Shown here: one piece after another, positions 41,401 to 51,821 of the stretch
Layout of the letters: each line of letters begins with the position of its first letter
Numbering within the stretch: position 1 is the first letter of the stretch
Assembly: GCA_036172245.1 (NCBI GenBank)
Contig: JAYWIR010000030.1
Coordinates: 1,550,001 to 1,614,000 of the forward strand
Direction of reading: 5' to 3'
Length of the DNA: 64,000 bases
From: Raillietiella orientalis
Taxonomy: Eukaryota
Notes under the pieces: generated by a model
The model's input: the letters and a program-made list of their open reading frames with translations, nothing else
What the model was told of the DNA's origin: nothing
Databases searched by the model: none
Made by a program: the position numbers and the translations under genes

Positions 41401-42379
41401 TCATAAATAAAAAGGAATTCAAGGCTCATAGTTTTTTTCTTTTCTGGTTTCGGGCGGAAATTCCAGCAGATGGTCAGATGTCTGCTGTTGCAGCTCAATC
41501 TTTTCCCATGGGACTGAGAGTATCGGGACAGAGCGATCAGAAGTGATCAGCCCAGGCGTCCAGAAATGGAAACCAATCTGAAAACGCTTTCCCCTTACTG
41601 GAGTTTCAGCAGCACCAAATGTCCCCTCTGCCGCACTTTGGGGAGTGCAGCACATGTTCTCGGTTCCACACAGCATCCTCGAAACCGGGATCCACACTCC
41701 GAAGAATCATGATCAGTCATGACAAATGTCAGCAAGTAAGGGAAAGACCTTTCCAACAGGGAAAAGGAGCTGGTACATACGATGAAAAACCGCTCATTGA
41801 ATGAAGCCACTACAGTGACCCCCCAAAAAGCGATCAGCTATCAGTCGTCACGAGTCATTAGTGACTACGATCTGCTATGAAGTGATGAAAAAACAAAACA
41901 AAACATAAAGAATGTTAAACAAACACTGATAAATGGATCGGAGAAAGCACCAGCAGAAAGAAAGGAAGCGAGGAAGAAATGAGATTCTGATGTGTGGCAT
42001 CGAGTGCACTTTAGAAAGTTCCTCGGATGCACTTATTGCACCGTGACGAATGCGAGGGAATAATGCGAGGCACGCTCCCGAAACCAAGCACACCCTTTAT
42101 GGAGACATTTGAAGATCAGTAGGAAAAGACACAAAACCTCGCAAATTAAGTACGATTCAATTTGTGTGCATCTGCGTTCGGAACGAAGGAAACGGGAAAG
42201 ATAAAACCTGTAGACAGCACGTGTCTTTTAAGTGGGTTTGTTCCCCTGTGCGTTCCGTATCCTTCGGCCTCCATACTCAATGGGAATCCTGAAAAATTCT
42301 ATCTCCCCATCCTCACCTAAATAAGCAACGCAAAGTAGCAAATGTCTGCCACGTTGACCACTGGGACTGCTGGTGATCG

Positions 42380-42590
42380 GTTCGTTTGCATGCCCTGGTG
42401 GAACGAGTCCGGTGGAGTCTGCTGTGCAACAAGAACGGGGGCACACCCAGTGCTCAGAAGCTGAGCAGGAAGGCAAGAAGTGCTCGCCTCCTACATCTTC
42501 TATCATCAAAGGGAAACCCCGATCTCACCACTTGGAGGCATGTCGACCCGATAAAACAAATGCGAGGGGATCCTGGAAAGCATTAGGCGT
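42380..42590 (+). mobile_element. Possible L1/Tx1-like post-RT fragment
   Basis: 'VERVRWSLLCNKNGG..AQKLSRKARSARLLHLL' resembles V.W..LC.PK..GGLG. Confidence 0.3.
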
Positions 42591-42927
42591 AGGTGTAGCC
42601 GTAGTCAATACTTGCGATCGAATGATGACTTCGAAAACACTAGGAGCCAATGGCAGAGAACCAAGCCCTCACAATGGATGCCTGCCACTTCATTCCAGGA
42701 TTCACTGACAACTCTGGAAACCTAGAGACCACCTCAAGGGGAACAAACACGCAGAAGGGACACATGCTCCTCTTTCAAAGAAGGGCATGCCGACACTCAA
42801 CACTAACGCGATGTATAGTGAAAGCATCCATTGCGTCCCCTCACTTAGTGGACAGACAAAATCACAAACCATCTCACAGAGAACAGTACAAAAAGAAAAA
42901 GTCCTCAGGTGGAGCAAGCACATAGCC

Positions 42928-45702
42928 AACACTCCCAAAGAAGTAAAATGCACCTCTCTCCGGAAAGCAGGAACAGAGTGCGCGGCCTCACGGCGAGGAT
43001 GCCGGAAGAATCGATCCGGAAAAGAGAAATCTCGTAAAAAATGAAAAAGAAGTTCTTCCACGCGTTTGATGCGTCTGCCACGCGCCTCAGCCAGCGGGAG
43101 AGCCAATCCAGAAGAAAAGAAACTCTCTCGTCCCGTGCCCGGGGGAGGGCGGCGGCCGTTGGTCGCAGGCTGCAATGCGCTTCCGTAAAATTCGGAAAGC
43201 CGCTGCTTGCGGGGACGGCGGCGTTGCAAACTGCACCCTCTGCGCGATGACACAAAGTTGGGCATGCTCCTGGAAGCAGTGCAGACGGGGAGCGCTGCCA
43301 GAGAGCGAAAGGAATGAACAAGCTGAATCGCGTTCTGCGTATCCGGGACGCCGCTGTCGCAGGAACGCTTTCCGACGCAACGCGGAGTGGGGACAGCCCG
43401 CCACGTCACCCGAACAGGCCGCGCCGGTGCCGGGAATGCCTTGGAACCACCGCTTTCGGTTTCGTTTTCTCACCTCCGCAGCAAGGGAGGAAAGGCGATG
43501 CCGAGAAGCGAAGAGGCCGGATCGATGGCACCCGGCATTCCGGGAGACGGCAGGGGCCCCATGACTACGGAAGAACCTCCAACTCCTTCGGAAGGCCTTG
43601 CCGGTCCGTCGTCAGCGCCGGGCGAGGTGCAACGCCGTCCCTGATCACCTACGGGAGGGGGCACGCGATTTCTCCCAGTTGAAGCGGGGCGGCAGGAGAA
43701 TGCGGGATAGGCGTGCCGCCTGCCCCCGGCATCGCATGCCGCACTTGGCCACGCCCGCACACGGACGGACGATGCGATCGCACCGCGGCATCGCTCCCTC
43801 TTCGGTCCAGGGACGGCGAGCGCAGTTTCTTTTTCTCGTTCGGTTTTCCCCAGGAGTGCCGACGAACCGTCCCCTTCCTTAGGGTGGACGGCTCATGGAG
43901 CTCTTTCACGCCCTCCGAGGGCGCGCCCGAGACTCCTCGTGCCGGTTATGTGCGGTGACTGCGGAGTGACCAGCCTATGAATTAAAGCAGGCAGGAGGGC
44001 TCCGGTGGAAGGAGTCCGTTCCTCTCCCTCCTGGCAAGGGAACCTCGGAGGGAAGTTCTGAAGGAAGCGAGCAGCGCGATGCTGCAGCACTCTGGAAAGG
44101 CAGCTCCCCGAGGGGGGGGGGGTGGAAACCCGACCAACTCCATTGCACGCGATGAAGGGTCCCCCACCCTGAGGATGGACGACGGCATCATTTGCACAGG
44201 CGGAGGGGAACTCCGGAGGGTTCGTGGATTATTCCCGGAAGGGCGCCGGAGGGTCGACTCTTCCGATCCCGACCGCCAGCGCGGGCACCCCGCATCGTCG
44301 GGCCCACCCGGGAGCGTCTGGAGCGCCTCTCCGCGCGAAGCGGAAGTCGTCGGCGTGTCCGGAGTCGGAAGCAACTCGGACGCTGACCGCCCCCGACTCA
44401 CGGAGACGGCGGGTGAGGCAAGAGGGCGCGAGGAGAAGTGGCAGTTTCGAGAAACTTCCTCGCTGCCGAAGTCGCCCGCGGGCGGGCGTTCCTCCGCGAG
44501 TGCGCGAACACCCGCTCGACGGTCGGTTAAGGGGGAGAGAAAGAGAGAGCTGCGGTCGCATCCCGGACCAGCAATGAATGACTGCTGTCGTCCCACGAAC
44601 AGCGTGGCGCGCGCGAGCGACAGGAGCAGCTCCCGTGCGTTCATAAAGCCCTATTGATCGGAAAAGAAGTGCCGCTGCTTCCGATGCTTGCGCGAATCCG
44701 GAAGTGGAAAGACGGCAGCCGAGCTTCCCTCGATGCTGCCTGCCTGTCGCGGCCCGCTGCGAGCCAGCAAGATCAGGTTCGCAGGCGGCGTTGGCATGGC
44801 GACGTGGCTGGAAGGCAGTTGCGCGCCTTCGCCCAAGCTCGCTGGGAAAGAAGCGGCGCGCTCCTTCCTCTTCGGGATGAGCCCGCTCTCTGGGGAATGC
44901 TCGTGTCACACCCGCCCTCCGAGCCCACCGCGTTCCTGATACGCGACGTCCGCAAGGAAATGCCGAGGGCGCCGCTCGGCGGAACCTGTCCTTCCTGGTG
45001 GGCAGCTTCCTTTCTCGTCCTTTGGACAGGGCGGATTGGACAGCTGCCCGCTAGCATCTTCGCCTTGCGCCAGAGGTCCGGCGAGCGGATGTTCTGCGTT
45101 CCTACTTCACGGTCTTCTCTTTCCCACGTGGCTCTTTCCGATACGGAAGAGGGGGGAGGCGGCGGCCCGTGGGTGCACCCATCAATCCGGTCTGTTCGCT
45201 TCTCGGCATCGCCTTTCCTAGCGTCCGGTCGTCGTCTAGGGATGCTCAGGGAATGGAAGCGGGAGCGCTGGGCACTCGGAGAGACCGTAGAGAGCTCGCG
45301 TGCTCCCGTACGCGTCCGCGACGTACAAAAGTTGGAACGTCGCGCCCCACGTACGCGGCGCTGGCCGACCGGATCGGCCACTCGGCTGCAGGCAGGTGCC
45401 GTCAGCATGCAGCGTCGCCGCATCCGCCGTGACGAGCGAGACTTCAGCCACGTGGGGCAGCGTTCGGTGGCACCGCCAACGGGTGGAGTTTCGGGAAGTC
45501 CCGCGACCGGGCTTGGTGGACGGGAAGCAGCGGTGCCAAGAGCGTCCGGGTGGTGCGGGGGCGACCGCGTTGCCGGAGCACTCGAGGCAAAACAACGCGA
45601 GTCCGAGAAGGTGGGAATGCATCGGGCGACGTCTCGCGGGACGCGCACGCGAGCAAGAAAGGCACCTGCAGCGTCCGCCGGATCCGACGTCGTGGAGGAC
45701 GT
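42928..45702 (+). repeat. Left arm of a ~2.78-kb near-perfect inverted repeat
   Basis: Reverse complement of 51822-54597, with mirrored ORFs in the track (e.g. 44773..45648- and 51876..52751+). About 9 differences seen by eye: 8 substitutions and a 1-nt indel in the G-run near 44115. Confidence 0.98.
43488..45219. repeat. Nested 41-bp inverted repeat inside the arm (43488-43528 / 45179-45219; mirrored at 52305-52345 / 53997-54037)
   Basis: AGGAAAGGCGATGCCGAGAAGCGAAGAGGCCGGATCGATGG versus the reverse complement AGGAAAGGCGATGCCGAGAAGCGAACAGACCGGATTGATGG: 38 of 41 identical. Confidence 0.9.
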
Positions 45703-46479
45703 GCCTTGTCTCGAAACACCCGGATCAAGTAAACTGTTGTGGAGATTGAAATCTATCCATGGATGCTTCTTGGCTAAAGAGATCCACTTACATTTGGAGT
45801 CATCTGACTCACGAAATAGTCAACAGTGACGCAGCCGGAAACGAGGCAGTGGCAAAAGGAAAATACAGAGGATTGAGTGTTCAGTTGGGCTTCAAAGTAG
45901 TGTCCACAACCGTAACAAGAATGGCCCTTGTGTTTCTGGGATTTTGCGATGCAGCCAGCTGAGAGGCACTGTGGAAACTGAGGATTTCTGATATGAGTGC
46001 GGAGCACATCAGAGAGGGAAATTGTCCTGGGATTCGTCCTGAAAGAGTTGGATATGTCATCGTTCGTAGTGAAAGAACCCTCAGGAATTTGTGTGCTGTC
46101 ATGAAGACGTGTTGGAGGGGATAAATGTGGGAGGGAGGGGGGAAAGATGGTGGAAATAGCCACCCCTTCATTGGTTTGTTCCCCCTTCATCAACGTGGTC
46201 GTAATCGGCAAGAGTGGATGAGAAGTCCGGAAGAGAGCTCTCACGCTGTTTATGGAAATGCCAATTGTGAATTGCATGCAGTCACAGCTGAGTCGCCGTC
46301 TGCGGGGAAAACTCTTTCCCAAAAATTCTGTAAGCGAATGCTATGGGCAACGCGTCGTGATCAGCGTGAGAAAATAAACAGCTTCCACCTTTTGGATTAA
46401 ACCCTTCCCGTGATCTCTTGTCATGAAGGGACGTTTCATTCCACATCAGAAGAGCAACATGATGGGGAAAATAAGAGAA

Positions 46480-48935
46480 AGGGAATGATGGGCGATGAGC
46501 GCTTTACACTAATTATCCAATCCCAAATTAGTTGGAGTTGTGCACAAGAGTTTTGATGCCCGGGAAGAACGTCAGGGGCGACAAACCAAACAGGCGATTT
46601 GAGATGAGAATGACACCTAAGAATTGTATCTCCCTGCAAATCCATGCCGTTGCGGCACGAACGTAAAGAATGCAGCATTGCCGCCGGTGCGGCTCGGACT
46701 GAACACCACTGGCCCCGCGAACAACGCACACCAGCAATGTCGTGCCTCACGTGCAGCGTGTAACGCTCGAGGAGTCTCATCCACAGCATTTCCAAGCTTT
46801 GATTAGTCTTCTTTGTGACGTACCGTGCGTGTGTGTGTCAGTGCGGAGGTCGATGAGTCGTCGGTCATAAACGTTAGTGGGTCTATAACAGAGGATGGAA
46901 GCGATGGACTGTCTTATTTCCCCATCGAACTCTGCTGGATTGAATTTTCGTTGCTCATATCTACCGGCTGCTGCTGCACACAGACCAAGTGCTCCCATAG
47001 AGTGGGTGTTGTGCTACCATGTGAACCGGACCGCTATTATGAATTGTTTGGAGGCAGGAATGTTGGAATTAGGTAGAAATGCAGGGAGAGACAACAAATC
47101 AGGCATCATTTGCAGCTGACCAACCCTCCACGATAAGGGACTGCTGTCCGGCGTAACGTGGAGCAAGGAGATGCATCCTCTAAGTTGCATTTTTTTCCTA
47201 AGAAGTATCAGCCTCTCATGATGAGCATCACACTGAATCGTGATCCAGCAGACCAGATCAAAAGAGCTACTCGGAAACTCTGGATGATGGCGGGCTCCAA
47301 CTAGTGGAAACGTGGGGTGCATCCAAACACCCACCAGACTTGGTAATTGATGGCAATCATCGCACTCGAAGTGTTATCCAAGAGACCAAAAGAAGCCACT
47401 GAATTGGCACTGGACACAATCCAGAGGTGACATCAATGCAGATGTCAGTGAAGATTGTTCACTTCTCCAGAGTGCTCAGGAGAAGTGCCACTAAGATTCC
47501 TGGCCCCAGCGCGGTTCCGTGCTCTCCATCAGCATGGAGACAAGCAACCGTGCATCGGAATCTCATGGGCAGCCCGCTCGAGATGTCAGCTGAAAGACTG
47601 CGTTGACTGGGGGAGTTGATGGAGTTAATTCAGTAGAGTCGGACATGATCATTCAAATTTCCAGAAAATTTTCCATTCAGATTCAAGGATCGCCTCATTC
47701 GATGAAACATGCATCCTCCCTTTTGACTCTATTGATCAAATGAAATGTCCACTTCTGAGCTTCATCGAAATCTGTCCACCCCGAATGCTCGTTTCGCTGA
47801 GAAACTGGCACTCCTTCCGTCTTACCACCAACAAGGAATCCTCTGATACCAACTACAGCAAACCCAGCATTTCTTGCACTCATGTGATGATTACGGATTT
47901 CTCCTTTTGTCGTCGCCATTGCATTGTCCCCGGAAGCGATGGCTGGTTCTCCCAGCAAAAACTTTTTGGAAATTCGACCTGATTGACTTTATTGCTTTTT
48001 CCATCTCACTGGAAGTTGTCATCAGCGAAATCTTTCCTCTTGAAGTCAAACGGACGTGGACGCGGACGGCAAAAGACAAGCAAGATGTAACCAGCGGCGA
48101 AATCGCAACTCACTGCTGGGATTTCTGGCAGACAGTATGCCCTTGGGTCATCGAAAGTGAGCATCTTCTCAACTTTCCCGGATTTCATTCTTTCAGAGGT
48201 CCGCATCGGAGGCCATGTGGTTACGGTGGTCTCCGCGCGTGGCACCATGCGTTGTGGATTCGAATGCTCCGAAGAAATCCACTCAGTGCGTCGTGGGTTC
48301 CGAGTTCACCCCACAAGATGACGCTGGTTGGCCTACATTCATCCGGGTGTGGCACTGGTAGCGGTGGAAACCGGATGCCCCCGATGAGGGCTGGGACAAA
48401 CGGGAGTCGACCTCCGGGTCCTTCCAGGAATCACGGAGTGGGAGTCCCCCTCCGGTTGTGAAGAAGCGGAGCCCCCATTCCGGGGGGACCCTTCAAGTCG
48501 TACTGATGGAGTAGGTGTGTCGCCACCACCTTTCCAGAGAGTGCAAAGACGCGAGCCGATCCCTCGGGGAAGCTGCGTCCTTCTGAATTTCGGAAGGGTT
48601 TCTTCTGGGTTCTCTTCAGAGGAGTAAGCAGGAGCGGATCCCTTACGGGGGATTCCCTCCGAAGAAGAAATTCCAGAAGCGGATCCTTTCCGGGTTCCCT
48701 TTAGAGAAGAAAGAATGGAGCGGACCCCCCGGGAGTCCTCCGGAGAGAATAAGAAAGGAGGATTGTCTTCTGGATTCCCCTTCGGAGACAACCAAGCTGG
48801 AGGTGATCTCCATTCCCGGGGATCCCTCCCCAGGCGTGAGAGGAACGGACTCTGAGCCCTTCCTGGATTCATAAGGCGGACCCCTCCCGGGGTTCCCCCT
48901 ACCTTGAAGAATTACCCACCCTCGGGTGGCGTGGA
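46480..48935 (-). mobile_element. Decayed LINE 5' half (ORF1 plus APE remnants) in the palindrome spacer; copy B of the 'MNPGRA' family
   Basis: The ORF at 48872 starts MNPGRA, as does the one at 39500. Downstream are 'VHVRLTSRGKISLM' and 'ITLRVR' (ORF1-like), then 'SIASILCYRPT' (APE YRPP-like) and 'GDTILRCHSHLKSPVW' (GDFNAHS.W-like). The repeat homology is firm; the domain calls are tentative. Confidence 0.5.
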
Positions 48936-51821
48936 ACCGTATCAAAGAACTGCGTAGACAGAAAAGAAAAGGATTTCATTCTTGCTACAGCAAGGCAGAC
49001 AGAAAGCCAAAGGGAAAATTCGCTTCTTCCATTGAGATTAAAAGACTAAGAAACTGTTTCAAAAGATTTCATTGAATTTCAAAATGTCAGAGAGCCCATG
49101 TTTTCCCGTCTTTTCCTCAGGAGGAATGAGAAGGTTAGAGCCTCACAAGGCAGGAATCGGACTCGGTATGGACGTGCTGACTGCATTTCCGGGAAGGAAA
49201 CCCAAAACGAGGTGTGCTGTTATTATGAGTGGGCTGTAACTGTTCTCAACGTTTTCTAGATCGAAGTCGGTAAGAACTCTGAGGGCTTAGGATGCAAGCG
49301 GCAGAATACCTTCATGGATGCCACTGCGTTTGGTTACTAGGAAACTCCCACCTCGAGGAGCGTGCTCTCTGAAAGTGTTGGTTTCTTCTTGCGTCGAAAA
49401 AAATGGAAGATGTTCCGAGCAGAAAATCAGCCACGGATCTGTTGCATGTCTACCCGTTTATCGGATGGAGTCTTTACTCCCAAGCAGTTGAAGGATCAAC
49501 GGAATGGCCGAATTTTTCGCTCCGGTTTTGAAAATTTGTCATCAGCACAAAAAAACACAAAAAAGGCATTAATTTATTCAGTAATCATGTAAAACTAGCT
49601 CCTGCTTTTGTCCTGACAGTCACCATGAACGCAGTGACCTCTGATTTCATTTGCAAAGGGTAAGAGTACTTGATCAAAACAAAAGGTAGTACATTCTCTG
49701 ATTTCTTACTGAAGAAGCGTTACCGAATTTTATTTTATTTTATTTTTTGCAGTTTGTGCCTCACATATCGCATGCAGACTTTTTCGTCCCAGTGGCAAGC
49801 AGCTGCAAGTCCAAAACAAACGATGTGCTGACTTCAGCATGCTTCACTCTTTTGGGTCTAAAAGACTAAGACGGTGATGATGAACTCCGTTTTTTTGAAA
49901 AAAGTGTCACAAAAAGTTCTGTGAGATTTCCCGATTCTTTAACTGAAAATCTCTGCTTCTTCTTCTTTAACTGCGTGGATGTACTTCATGCTAAAGAGAT
50001 CATCAGGAAATGGAGCCTGCTTCCAGTATTAAAGTGGTTCTGCCTAATTAGAAGAATTGAAATGCTTTCTATCAATAATGGAAAAAGGCCACATTCTCTG
50101 TGTTTCTGATAAAACTGCAAGGTCAGTCATCCCTTCATCAACCATAAAGTGTCCCTAATCAAGAAGACAAGCAAATCATTTTTTCTTCCCGATTCCCCCA
50201 CCCCACCCCAGACTTAGGCCGTTATTCCATTTATGAAAAAACACTTGGGTTGTTTTTCATCTCGCTGAGGCAGCTCGTTCCCTTATTCTCTGACTCTTTT
50301 TTGAAGTTTGCTACGTGGGCAGATATCACATGTCTGCCGACACAGTATGGAAGTAGCAAATGCTGTCAATAACGATAAAAGACGCTATCCAGTGTCTTTA
50401 CTTGTCTCGGTACCTTGTAGTTCACTAGGCAGCAAAGTACTAGTAGCATCCTTTAAGGACAAGGACACCTATCACTGACGATTATTTCCGTGATGAGTTC
50501 CCATTTTTTACGTGTCTCGTAACAAACTGTTGAGCAGATACGCAAGTGGGGCGTCTGAAGCATCTCGATATTTGCATCCGTGATTAAATGGAGCACTCTG
50601 AATTGCAGCTCTCTTTTTAAAATGATGGCTCGAAGTTTTTACCAACCACACATCAGGCAGCTGTTTGACTTGTTTCTTGGCTTTACTTACGTTTCCGACC
50701 GGTGAAAACAAGATGGGATTCCGTCAGTTTTGTACTGCGTCTCCTACGAAAAAGGAAACTTGGCTCCTTCCGCTGATTCCACTGAATCCCAATGTTCCGA
50801 AAGCGAAAGCTCAAATTCCACCGTTAACACTGGATTGCATCTTGAAAAAAAGTAGCTATTCACATAAGTGTGCAGCTACCCTCACATCAAGGACCTCTGA
50901 AAATAGGGTCACATTCAATACATGCAGCAAAACCAATCAGAATTCTCCGCTTGCGGATTCCTTCCCAGTTTGTAACCAATGGGTCGCATTAGATATGCCA
51001 GGAGACTTAACTTAGAAAAACCCAGAAATCCACAAGAGGGATGTCGCTCCACACAGAAGGCATTCAACAAGCGTCCTCCAATCCCAAAACATGCATAAGC
51101 AAATGTATCATACGTATTCGAATAGATTACGAGTTCCAACTCTCATTTTTCAATTGATTCTTAATAAAATTGAGGCTGGAGAAGAAGATTCTTGTACTAC
51201 GTGAGGCAGCACTAGGCAATGAAAACAAGAAATTACCCAATGGAGAAGAACAGTTCCCGCTCAAACGTCCTCACTAAAATAAAACGACACTTCAGCAGTG
51301 AGAGCAATTGAAAGACATGCATATTCGAGCCAACATCTTATTCTTCCATCACAGTCATACAATCCTAGAAACAAAGTACATCTGGAGGTACGTACACGGA
51401 AAGCGAGTAAGAAAGAACGATCTCGGAACGACTGTCAAATCGCAAGGAGCGCACTTTGGAAGCACTACCGCGGATCCACACCACAACGCCCACAAACGAA
51501 GCACCGACCTCTTCGTGAATGTTACAATCAAGGTGAGCATCCACAGAAGATCGTTTGCTTTACCCTCGAACAGGCGAGGTATGCTGAAGAGAGCACGGCA
51601 ACCACTCGAGGGAGGACATCCAGAAGAGCGGAGTTGCCATCCCCATGACGCACGGGATACATCCCACAGTCAGCGATGGCGCACAAGCAAAAGGGGGAGT
51701 CGACCTTCACGCATCCGTACGTGCGAATAAGAGGCTCTCGCCTTCGTCAAGCAGGGAGCTACCCGGTGCTTGATGGACGTTGTGTCACCTGGCTTCTTCG
51801 TTCTGATCCGGACGTTTCGCG

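Noticed and set aside
45196..45207. TCGCTTCTCGGC matches the U2 snRNA 5' end; faint U2-like words also at 11945-11972
   Set aside because: The matches are only 7-12 nt, with no continuation into the U2 branch-point or Sm regions.
44654..45829. Longest ORFs (391, 361, 291, 250 and 235 aa) in the palindrome arms as real genes
   Set aside because: They are Arg/Ala/Pro/Gly-rich, overlap in several frames on both strands, show no recognisable domain and change length between arms. This is expected from stop-codon scarcity at high GC.
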